Part shown: in pieces, positions 1 to 7,611 of the stretch | How positions within the stretch are numbered: the first letter of the stretch is position 1 | How the letters are laid out: every line of letters begins with the position of its first letter | Assembly (NCBI GenBank): GCA_014584455.1 | Contig: JACTMV010000308.1 | Span: forward strand, 1-27,048 | Source: Pseudomonadota bacterium | GTDB taxonomy: Bacteria > Myxococcota_A > Polyangia > Haliangiales > Haliangiaceae | Length of the DNA stretch: 27,048 bases | Reading direction: 5' to 3' | Notes under the pieces: model-generated | Told to the model about the DNA's origin: nothing | Database searches by the model: none | What the model saw: the letters and a program-made list of their open reading frames with translations, nothing else | Position numbers and translations under genes: made by a program

Positions 1-1
1 C

Positions 2-673
2 ACCGCCAGCATGGCGCTCGACGACGCCGGCAAGCTCGCCGGCCTGACCTTCGTGCCCCGGCCGCCGCTGCCGCCCGATCCCCACGCCGACCGCCCGCTG
101 CGCGCGCGCCTGCGCCTGCCCTTCGACGGTCAGTGGTTCGTGTTCTGGGGCGGACCCAGCGCCACGGTCAACTACCACGTGGTCGCCCCCGACCAGCGTC
201 ACGCCTACGACCTCGTGATCTGGAAGGACGGCGGCACCCACACCGGCGACGGCACCCGCAACGAGCAGTATCACTGCTGGGGCCAGCCGGTGCTGGCGCC
301 GGCCGCCGGCACGGTCGTCGCCGTCGAGAACGGCCTGCCCGACAACCCGCCGGGCAAGATGGACGCGAGCGCCAAGGCCGGCAACCACGTCGTGCTCGAT
401 CTCGGCGACGGGGCCCACGCGCTCCTCGCCCACCTGCAACAGGGTTCGGTCGCGGTGCGGCTCGGCGATCGGGTCACCGCCGGCCAGCGGCTCGGCCTCA
501 CCGGCAACAGCGGCAACACCAGCGAGCCCCACCTGCACCTCCACCTCCAGGACGGCCCCACCCTGTTCCGCGGCGCCGGCCTGCCGGTGTGGTTCGACGA
601 CGCCTGCGTCGACGGTCAGCCGCCGGCGCGGGTCGCCCCGGTGCACGGCCAGTTCGTCGAGCACTGCCGCTGA
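2..673 (+). CDS. M23/LytM-family zinc metallopeptidase, probably 5'-truncated by the window edge
   Basis: The translation contains the M23 signature region GLTGNSGNTSEPHLHLHL, with a His-x-His metal-binding motif, and upstream HxxxD-like segments. It has no signal peptide, and the frame stays open back to nt 2, so the N-terminus probably lies outside the window. The TGA stop is at 671-673. Confidence 0.7.
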   Translation, partial: TASMALDDAGKLAGLTFVPRPPLPPDPHADRPLRARLRLPFDGQWFVFWGGPSATVNYHVVAPDQRHAYDLVIWKDGGTHTGDGTRNEQYHCWGQPVLAPAAGTVVAVENGLPDNPPGKMDASAKAGNHVVLDLGDGAHALLAHLQQGSVAVRLGDRVTAGQRLGLTGNSGNTSEPHLHLHLQDGPTLFRGAGLPVWFDDACVDGQPPARVAPVHGQFVEHCR

Positions 674-689
674 CGCCCGCCGCGGCGCA

Positions 690-714
690 GAGCGTGTGAA
701 GGAATCACACGCTC
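690..714. terminator. Perfect 10-bp-stem hairpin (GAGCGTGTGA-AGGAA-TCACACGCTC) between convergent genes. It may be a bidirectional terminator, or a TGTGA-N5-TCACA regulator site.
   Basis: Pairing checked by eye: 690-699 pairs with 714-705 around a 5-nt loop. It lies 17 nt after the M23 stop and about 190 nt after the stop of the minus-strand gene ending at 901. It is AT-containing in a GC-rich background. No U-tract follows, which is usual for high-GC genomes. Confidence 0.3.
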
Positions 715-900
715 GGGTCGATCGGTCGGTCCCGGCGAGGACGCCGGCGCCGACCTGAGTCGGAGCCGATCGCCTCGGCTGCGCCTCGGCGCAGAGCCTG
801 TCATCGAATCGATGCCAGGCTCTCTCTCGATCGATCGACCTCGCCCGCTGACGGGCTCGTCCGATCTCCTCCGGACCAGCGCCGCACCGCTGCGCTCGGC

Positions 901-1911
901 TCAGGCGGCGCGCTCGTCCAGGTGCCGCCGCACCAGCCGCGCGCACCACGCGATCGCGCCGGTCGCCAGCAGCAAGCAGACGACGAACAGCGGCAGGCCC
1001 TGGGCGCCGTCGAGCGTCGCCCGCCACTCGATGGCGTGGGCGCGATCGACCTCGCGCAGCGCCGCCACCGCGAGGAACAGCGCGACCGCGCCGACGGTGG
1101 CCAGCCGTCGCCCCGCCCGCCCGCGCCCGCCGGCGAGCGCGATCATCCCGGCCGCGGTCACCGCCGCGCCGCTCCCCGCCAGCACCAGCCACGGCGTGGC
1201 CATCGCCGGCAGCTCGCCGGCGCGCCCGCCGACCGTCCCCACCGCCGCCGCCGCCGCCACCGCCAGGCCGGTCAGCCCGAGCCCGCCCAGGCGGCGCAGC
1301 TCGGCGCGTCCCGCCCGCGCCCCGGCCAGCCACGCCGCGCCGGTCGCGAACGCCACCGCCGCCAGCCCCAGCCACAGCGCCAGGCGGACGGCGATCACCG
1401 GGTCGCGGTGGAACACGCGCCCGTCGCGGTAGTGCGCGACCCAGGTCTCGGCGCCGGCCGCGGCCAGGGTGTGCTCCTCGATCCACGACCACGCGACGAA
1501 GAGGAACGCGAGCAGGGCGGCGCCGCTCACCAGCCCCCGCCGCGCCCCCGACCACGCCCGCGCCCGCACGCTCTTGCCCAGGTACAGCAGGTAGAAGCCG
1601 GCGATGAGCGCCGGCACGATCGCCATGAACCGGTGCGACATGAGGAGCGTCGCCGTGTACACGCGGTGCTGGTAGAGGACCTGGATCAGCAGCAGCGGCG
1701 CCACCCCGGCGGTGATCGCCGCGCCGAGTGCGAACGGCAGCCAGTCGCGGGCCGCCGCCGCCACCGGGTCGTCGCCGCCGACGAGCGCCCGCGCCGTCGC
1801 CCACGCCGCCGCGCCCAGCACGAAGCCGACGAGCAGCGCGTGGGCGGCGAAGGTGACCACGAGCAGGAGCACGTAGCCCCCCGGGCCACCGAGCTCGGCG
1901 AACAGGCTCAT
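901..1911 (-). CDS. Polytopic integral membrane protein, about 336 aa with roughly 8 TM segments. It is the last gene of a three-gene operon.
   Basis: This is the C-terminal segment of the 1379-aa artefact ORF and begins at MSLFAELGG (ATG at 1909-1911). It is hydrophobic and helix-rich, with none of the Arg-rich junk composition. Its ATG overlaps the TGA of the upstream gene (ATGA at 1908-1911), which suggests translational coupling. Confidence 0.6.
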   Translation of the reverse strand: MSLFAELGGPGGYVLLLVVTFAAHALLVGFVLGAAAWATARALVGGDDPVAAAARDWLPFALGAAITAGVAPLLLIQVLYQHRVYTATLLMSHRFMAIVPALIAGFYLLYLGKSVRARAWSGARRGLVSGAALLAFLFVAWSWIEEHTLAAAGAETWVAHYRDGRVFHRDPVIAVRLALWLGLAAVAFATGAAWLAGARAGRAELRRLGGLGLTGLAVAAAAAVGTVGGRAGELPAMATPWLVLAGSGAAVTAAGMIALAGGRGRAGRRLATVGAVALFLAVAALREVDRAHAIEWRATLDGAQGLPLFVVCLLLATGAIAWCARLVRRHLDERAA

Positions 1912-3383
1912 CGCGCACCCCCGCGCCCGCCACCCGTGGCCTCGCCCGGCGGCCGCGGCCGCTCCGGCGCCGGCGCGGTGCCGGCCTCGTCGAGCCAGCG
2001 CCCGATCTGCGCCAGCGCCACCGGGTCGTCGGACACCGGCCAGGCGGCCGGCGCGCCCGCCGCCTCCCAGCGGATGAGCTGGGCCACCGCCTCGACCTCG
2101 GTCGCCGGCCCGGCGAACGGCGGCATGAAGCCCTTGGTCTCCTGCAGGCGCGCGATCGCGATGCGGAGCTGCTCGAGCGACCAGGCGCCGCCGAGGTGGA
2201 CCAGGCCGTTGGCGCCCTTCATCGTGTGGCAGGCCGCGCACTGCAGCCGCACCACGCGCGCGCCGAGGGCGAGCTGCGCCGTCGGGTAGCGCGCGGCGTC
2301 GCGCAGCGGGTACGGGTCCCGCGCCACCGAGCCCTCGGCGCGCAGCCGCGCGACCTCGGCCGGCGCGATGGCGTTGGAGTACAGGACCTGGCGGATCGTG
2401 AACGGCTTGCGCGCGCCCTCGCGCACGAACTCGCCGGCGGCGGTGGCGCCGAACGCCAGCGCCAGCAGGAGCGCCGCGGTCGCGCCGCTCACGTACAGGC
2501 GCCGCCACCAGATCCCGACGAGCGCGTAGGCGCCGATCAGCAGCGACGCCCCGGCGGCCAGGGCCAGGAACATCGACATCGCGACGCTGCCCCCGGTCAG
2601 CCACGCCCGGCTGTCGGCGGGGATCACCGCCACGTACCACAGCCCCAGCGCCGGCATCGCCGCCATCGGCACCAGCAGGCGCGCGGCGCGGGCGAGGAGG
2701 GCGTGGCGCGCGGCGCGGTCCAGGTCCATCGTGTTGATGACGGCGATCGCGGCCAGCGCCCCCAGCGTGCTCGACACCGCGACCCGGTAGAGCAGCGACG
2801 GCCAGAAGCTGGGGTTGAAGAAGCCGGCCCACACGTCGCCGGAGGCCAGCCACGCCCCCGGGGTGAGCTGCCACGACAGGATGCCGTTGATCCAGAACAG
2901 GCTGCCGAACGACGCCAGCGCGTAGGTGGCGAGCAGGCGCAGGCGCACGCCGTCGGGCAGGCGCTCGCCGTAGCGCAGGAACATGTAGCCGGCGACGATC
3001 TCGACCGCGAAGCAGCACCACTCGATCGCCCAGATCCAGTGGAACTCGTCGACCATGAGCCCGATCGTGCGCGGCCCGACCTGGATCGTCGTCAACCACA
3101 TCGCCACGCCGGTCAGGGCGCCGGTGACGAAGCTGACCAGCACCAGGTACTTGAAGAAGCTGTCGAGGAAGCGGCGCGCGTCGGGCACGCCGCGCCCGGC
3201 CAGCCACTGGAAGTACGTCATCAGGAACCCGCCGCCGATCGCGAACTGGGCGAGGAAGACGTGGAGGATGCCGACCGCGCCGATGACCATGCCGCGCATC
3301 GCCGGACCGAAGTCGTTGACCGGGTAGGCGGTCGGCTCCATCCCCGCTGGGATGATGCCACCGCCGGCGCCGGCATGCGTCAT
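1908..3383 (-). CDS. Polytopic membrane protein with a C-terminal monohaem cytochrome c domain (CAACH). The N-terminal membrane domain may be CydA/cytochrome-bd-like.
   Basis: The 491-aa protein has about 8-9 hydrophobic helices followed by a soluble roughly 100-aa domain carrying CxxCH (..RLQCAACHTMKG..) with a downstream Met (FMPPF) as a candidate sixth ligand. Conserved His and Glu residues sit in TM1-3 (ILHVFLAQF, DEFHWIWAIEW) and are reminiscent of CydA haem-ligand and proton-channel residues. That resemblance is inference only. Confidence 0.65.
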   Translation of the reverse strand: MTHAGAGGGIIPAGMEPTAYPVNDFGPAMRGMVIGAVGILHVFLAQFAIGGGFLMTYFQWLAGRGVPDARRFLDSFFKYLVLVSFVTGALTGVAMWLTTIQVGPRTIGLMVDEFHWIWAIEWCCFAVEIVAGYMFLRYGERLPDGVRLRLLATYALASFGSLFWINGILSWQLTPGAWLASGDVWAGFFNPSFWPSLLYRVAVSSTLGALAAIAVINTMDLDRAARHALLARAARLLVPMAAMPALGLWYVAVIPADSRAWLTGGSVAMSMFLALAAGASLLIGAYALVGIWWRRLYVSGATAALLLALAFGATAAGEFVREGARKPFTIRQVLYSNAIAPAEVARLRAEGSVARDPYPLRDAARYPTAQLALGARVVRLQCAACHTMKGANGLVHLGGAWSLEQLRIAIARLQETKGFMPPFAGPATEVEAVAQLIRWEAAGAPAAWPVSDDPVALAQIGRWLDEAGTAPAPERPRPPGEATGGGRGGAR

Positions 3384-3428
3384 CGCGTCGCGGCGATCCG
3401 CCGGCCGCGTGGCTCGCCCCGCCTTCGC

Positions 3429-4973
3429 TCAGGGCGCGAGGCGGGCGACGAAGGCGTCGGGCCTGGCCAGCTTGGCGCCCTCGGCCTGGACCGCGGTCGG
3501 CCCGCCGGGGACGAGATCGAGCGTGAAGCGGTAGGCGCCCGAGACGTAGGGCGTGCCGTCGCGGCCGATGGCCACCGCCAGCCCGACGTCCTGATCCTTG
3601 GCCCCCCAGCGCCGGCTCCACGCGTGGTTGCCGGCGGCGTCGAGCTTGAGGAAGAAGCCGTCCATGTAGCCGGCGGTCTTGAACGGGCCACCGCCGAGGT
3701 CGATCGTGGTCTCGAAGCCGCCCACGACCACCAGGTTGCCGGCGGCGTCGGTGGCGACGCCGAGCCCGACGTCGGCGCGCTCGCCGCCGTAGGTCTTGAC
3801 CCACAGGAGCTTGCCCTCGGGCGACAGCCGGGCCACGAACACGTCGGACTCGCCCTTCGACAGCACCGGCGTCCCCAGCACGTCGAGGTCCTTGTCGAAC
3901 GAGCCGGTGATCACGACGTGGCCGGCGGGGTCGACGGCGAGCCCGCCCGCCCGCTCCTGGAACGGGTTGCCGAGGCGCACGCTCCACACGTGGTTGCCCA
4001 CCGCATCGAAGCGGGCCACGAACAGGTCGTCGTCGCCGGCGCTCTTGTGGGTGGTGCCGCCGAGCGTGATCGTGCCCTTGAAGCGGCCGAGGGCGTAGAT
4101 GTTGCCGGCGGGGTCGACGGCGACGTGGCTCACCTCGTCGGGGTACTCGCCGCCGAGCTGGGTCACCCACTCGACCTCGCCGCCGGCCCCGAGCTTGACC
4201 AGCGCCGCGTCGTCGCCGCCGCGCGAGGTCACGGTGGTCGCGCCCAGCGCCACCTCCTGGCCGAACGACACGGCGACGATCCAGCCGCCGTCGCCGGCGG
4301 CGGCGATGGCGGTGGCGGCGTCGGAGGCCGGGCCGCCGGCGGTCCACAGCCACTGCACCTCGCCGGCGGGGTCGAGGCCGACCACGAACAGGTCGTCGGA
4401 GCCGGTCGCCTTGCCGCTCAACCCGCCGGCGGTGACCGTGGCCGAGAAGAGCCCGGTGGCGGCGACGTTGCCCTTGTCGTCGACCGCGACCGCGTCGCCC
4501 CGCTCCTCGTGCTTGCCGCCGATCGTCGTCACCCAGGTCACCGCGCCGCTGGCGTCGAGGCGGGCGACGAAGGCGTCGCTCTTGCCGGCCGCGGTGCGCG
4601 CGCCGGCGCCGGCGAAGGTCGCGGCCTCCTCGAAGTCGCCCACCGCGTAGACCGCGCCGTCGCCGCCGACCGCGAGCCGCCGCACGATGTCGACCCGGGT
4701 GCCGCCGAGGCTCGTGACCCAGGCCACCGCGCCGGTGGCGCCCGGCGGCGACTCGGCCAGCGGGGGCAGCGGACGCGGCGGCGGCGCCACCCGCGGCTCG
4801 GCCGGCGCCGCGCTGCCGGAGGCGCTGCCGGACCCGCTGCCGGCGCCGTCGCGCTCGACCTTGCCGGCCCCGGCCTTGCCGGCCGGCTCCTTCTTGCCGC
4901 AGGCGACGAGGGGAACGGCCAGGGTCAGCGCGACCGGGCCGACGAGGGCGAGCGAGACGAGGCGTGTGCGCAT
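3429..4973 (-). CDS. Lipoprotein with SBBP-type beta-propeller repeats
   Basis: Signal peptide plus lipobox (LVAC-GKK). There are more than 8 tandem repeats of about 45 aa of the form DDLFVARL..G...W...GG...D.G.GVAVD..GN..V.G.F, typical of the SBBP repeat family. ATG at 4971-4973 and stop at 3429-3431. It sits 45 bp upstream of the cytochrome gene on the same strand. Confidence 0.8.
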   Translation of the reverse strand: MRTRLVSLALVGPVALTLAVPLVACGKKEPAGKAGAGKVERDGAGSGSGSASGSAAPAEPRVAPPPRPLPPLAESPPGATGAVAWVTSLGGTRVDIVRRLAVGGDGAVYAVGDFEEAATFAGAGARTAAGKSDAFVARLDASGAVTWVTTIGGKHEERGDAVAVDDKGNVAATGLFSATVTAGGLSGKATGSDDLFVVGLDPAGEVQWLWTAGGPASDAATAIAAAGDGGWIVAVSFGQEVALGATTVTSRGGDDAALVKLGAGGEVEWVTQLGGEYPDEVSHVAVDPAGNIYALGRFKGTITLGGTTHKSAGDDDLFVARFDAVGNHVWSVRLGNPFQERAGGLAVDPAGHVVITGSFDKDLDVLGTPVLSKGESDVFVARLSPEGKLLWVKTYGGERADVGLGVATDAAGNLVVVGGFETTIDLGGGPFKTAGYMDGFFLKLDAAGNHAWSRRWGAKDQDVGLAVAIGRDGTPYVSGAYRFTLDLVPGGPTAVQAEGAKLARPDAFVARLAP

Positions 4974-5101
4974 GGTTCCTCTGGGGACACCGCGAGAGCC
5001 CTGACGTTGTCATGGCATCGCCTCCCAGGGCAACGCGCACTTCGAGGGAACCGCCGCGGCGCCGCGTTGTCCAACTCGCCGCGGCAGGCTATCTCTCCCT
5101 C

Positions 5102-5308
5102 ATGCGCGTGGTCGGAGATGACGACGGCGTCGCGGCGCTCAAGGCGCTGGCCGCCGACAACCGTGACTACCTCAAGTTCCTGATCACCGAGGCGCAGTCC
5201 AACAGCGACCACACCGCCTCCTTCCGCGCCGCCGACGACACCCGCTGGGTGGTCCGCTTCCACCCGGAGTCGGGCGAGCTCGAGGTGCGACGCGCCCCCG
5301 CGCCGTGA
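5102..5308 (+). CDS. Small hypothetical protein of about 68 aa
   Basis: This is the second half of the 114-aa ORF, from MRVVGDDDGVAALKALAADNRDYLKFLITEAQSNSDHTASFRAADDTRWVVRFHPESGELEVRR. It has strong GC3 codon bias and a normal, non-Arg-rich composition. It lies in the divergent region next to the SBBP operon. No homolog was recognised. Confidence 0.35.
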   Translation: MRVVGDDDGVAALKALAADNRDYLKFLITEAQSNSDHTASFRAADDTRWVVRFHPESGELEVRRAPAP

Positions 5309-5322
5309 CGTATGGTCGCACC

Positions 5323-7524
5323 ATGCGGGTGCCCCTCCTCCTCGTCCCCCTCGCCCTCGCCCTCGCCGTCACCGGCTGCCCCCGTCCCGGCGCCACCGGC
5401 GAGCCCCGCCCCGATGACCGCCCGCTGACCCGCGAGGACCGCCTCCAGGTCGCGCGGCTCGAGGCCCAGCGCGACGCCGCGGTGCCTCGCCTGATCGAGC
5501 TGACGCGGGATCCCTCGGTGGCCCGCCGCGCCCTCGCCCTGCGCGCCCTGGGCCGGATCGGCAGCCCCGCCGCCGTCGCCGCGCTGCGCGCCGCCCTCGC
5601 CGGCGACGCCGCGGTCACCGCCAGCGCCGCGCTCGGCGTGGCCGGGGCCACCGGCGCGCTCGAGCCCGACGTGGGGGCCGCGATCACCTCCGAGCTGGCG
5701 AAGGTGACCGCCGCCGGCGCCGATCGCGCGACCGTGATCGAGGCCCTCGGCCGCGTCGCCCACCCGACGGCGGCCGCGACCGTGGGCGGCGCCCTGGGCA
5801 GCCGCGACCGCGAGGTCGCCATCGCCGCCGGGATCGCGCTCGGCCGCCTCGGCCGCGCCCAGGTGCCCCTCGACGAGTCCACCGAGCTGGCCGCGATCGG
5901 GCGCAGCCGCGACGACGATCCCGACGTCCGCTTCGCCGCCACCTACGCCCTGGCGCGGGCCCACATCCCGGCGAGCACGCCGCCGCCGGCCGCCACCGAT
6001 CCGGTGGTGCGCGCGCTGCGCGACCGCCTGACCGACCCCGAGCCGCTGGTGCGCGCCACCGCCATCACCGGCCTGGCCGCGCGCCGCGCGGTGCCGGTCA
6101 CCACCCCGGCCCTCCTCGATCGCCTCGACGACAGCGACTGGCGGGTCGCGGTCGAGCTGGTGCGCGCCCTGGGCGGCCCCGCCGGCACCCCCGAGACCCG
6201 CAAGGCGCTGGTCGCCTTCCTGGCCCGGATCGCCAGCGAGTGGGCGGCGGGCCGGATGAGCGCGCCGTTCGCCCACGTCCTCCTCGAGGGGCTGCGCCAG
6301 CTCCCCGCCCGCGCCTCCGATCCGCGGGTGCGCGGCCTCCTGGTCTCGATCGCCCGCAGCTACGCCGACGAGCCGCCGGGCCGCCGCCCGCGGGCGCTGC
6401 AGCTCGCGTCGGCGTGGGCGAGCTGCCTGGCCCTGGCGGCGCTGGCCCGGCCGCTGCCCGAGACGCCGCCCGGCGACGCGCTCGGCGATCCGGAGGTGGC
6501 GCGGGCGCAGCTCGACGGCTGCGGCGCCGGCCTCGTCCCCGAGGCCGAGGTGCGCAAGCTCGTCCTCGACGTGAGCGCCGAGCGCGGCGGCGCCGACGCC
6601 GTCCGCCGCCTCGCCCTGTCGGCGGGCCACGGCGACGTCCGCATCGCCGCCCACGCCGTCGGCCTCCTGCCCGGCCTGTGGACGCCGGCCTCCCACGGCG
6701 AGCGCATCCTCCTCGCCGACGCCCTCGCCGGCGCCGTCGCGCGCGCCGAGGCCGCGGTGGCCGGCGCCGCCGCCGAGGCCAGCGGCCCGCTCCTGGCCGA
6801 GCACGGCCAGGCCGGCCCGCTGGCGTCGGTCGCCACCGCCGTCGTCGATCGCCTCGCCGCCGGCGGCGATCCCGAGCTGGTGACCGCGCTGCTCGGCGCC
6901 ATCGCCCGGGCCCGGCTCGACGCGCTGCCGGCGTGCCAGGCGCTGCGCACCGACCCCAGCCCGCCGGTGCGCGCCGCCGCCCGCGCCTGCGTCACCGCGC
7001 TGGTCGGCGAGGACCCGGGGCCGGCGACCGCGGCGGCCGCGGCCGTGGCGCCGCCGATCGATCCGCTGGTCGCGCTCGGCGGCGCCCGCACCTGGCGCCT
7101 GACCACCACCCAGGGCGAGGTCGCGATCGCGCTCGCCGGCGACCTCGCGCCCTGGCACGTCGCCGCGATCATCACCCTCACCCGCAGCGGCTTCTACGAC
7201 GGCCTCACCTTCCACCGCGTCGTGCCCGGCTTCGTCATCCAGGGCGGCGATCCCACCGGCTCGGGCTGGGGCGGCCCCGGCTACACGCTGCCGGCCGAGC
7301 CCGGCTCGCGCCTCGACGCGCCGGCCCCCACCTACGGCCCGGGCGCGGTCGGGGTCGCCGACGCCGGCAAGGACAGCGGCGGCTCGCAGTGGTTCGTCAT
7401 GCACGGGCGGGCGCCGCACCTCGACGGCCGCTACACCTGGATCGGGGCGGTGACCGAGGGCGCGGACGTCTTCGACCGGCTGCTGCAGGGCGATCGCGTC
7501 ATCCGCGCCCGCGTCGAGCCCTGA
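5323..7524 (+). CDS. Lipoprotein with N-terminal HEAT (PBS-lyase-like) repeats fused to a C-terminal cyclophilin-type peptidyl-prolyl cis-trans isomerase
   Basis: Signal peptide plus lipobox (LAVTGC) starting at MRVPLLLV (ATG 5323). There are multiple (D/E)PxVRxxAxxALxxxG HEAT-like repeats. The C-terminus carries cyclophilin motifs: FHRVVPGFVIQGGDPTGSGWGG and GGSQWFVMHGRAPHLDGRYTWIGAVTEG. The ORF track's start at 5305 is an upstream GTG in the same frame. Confidence 0.85.
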   Translation: MRVPLLLVPLALALAVTGCPRPGATGEPRPDDRPLTREDRLQVARLEAQRDAAVPRLIELTRDPSVARRALALRALGRIGSPAAVAALRAALAGDAAVTASAALGVAGATGALEPDVGAAITSELAKVTAAGADRATVIEALGRVAHPTAAATVGGALGSRDREVAIAAGIALGRLGRAQVPLDESTELAAIGRSRDDDPDVRFAATYALARAHIPASTPPPAATDPVVRALRDRLTDPEPLVRATAITGLAARRAVPVTTPALLDRLDDSDWRVAVELVRALGGPAGTPETRKALVAFLARIASEWAAGRMSAPFAHVLLEGLRQLPARASDPRVRGLLVSIARSYADEPPGRRPRALQLASAWASCLALAALARPLPETPPGDALGDPEVARAQLDGCGAGLVPEAEVRKLVLDVSAERGGADAVRRLALSAGHGDVRIAAHAVGLLPGLWTPASHGERILLADALAGAVARAEAAVAGAAAEASGPLLAEHGQAGPLASVATAVVDRLAAGGDPELVTALLGAIARARLDALPACQALRTDPSPPVRAAARACVTALVGEDPGPATAAAAAVAPPIDPLVALGGARTWRLTTTQGEVAIALAGDLAPWHVAAIITLTRSGFYDGLTFHRVVPGFVIQGGDPTGSGWGGPGYTLPAEPGSRLDAPAPTYGPGAVGVADAGKDSGGSQWFVMHGRAPHLDGRYTWIGAVTEGADVFDRLLQGDRVIRARVEP

Positions 7525-7578
7525 CGCCATCGCCCGCGCGGGCCCGCGCCGCGGCGCGATGGCGCCCCGGGTGGTTTG
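7525..7578 (+). terminator. Candidate intrinsic terminator: long GC-rich hairpin (CGCCATCGCCCGCG...CGCGGCGCGATGGCG) followed by GGTGGTTTGATCT
   Basis: It starts 1 nt after the PPIase TGA. The 7525-7538 arm pairs with 7564-7550 (14 bp with one bulge), followed by a T-containing tract. It is the only T-run in the 87-bp gap before the MscS gene. Confidence 0.4.
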
Positions 7579-7611
7579 ATCTGCGAGCATCGGGGCGGCT
7601 ACGGTAGCCCC

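Noticed and set aside
901-5040. 1379-aa minus-strand ORF spanning four real genes
   Set aside because: Most of the translation is Arg/Gly/Pro/Asp-rich low-complexity sequence, typical of an off-frame or antisense open frame at about 73% GC. Only the last roughly 336 aa (901-1911) is hydrophobic and protein-like. The other frames in the same region hold genes with clear domain signatures (cytochrome c, SBBP lipoprotein).
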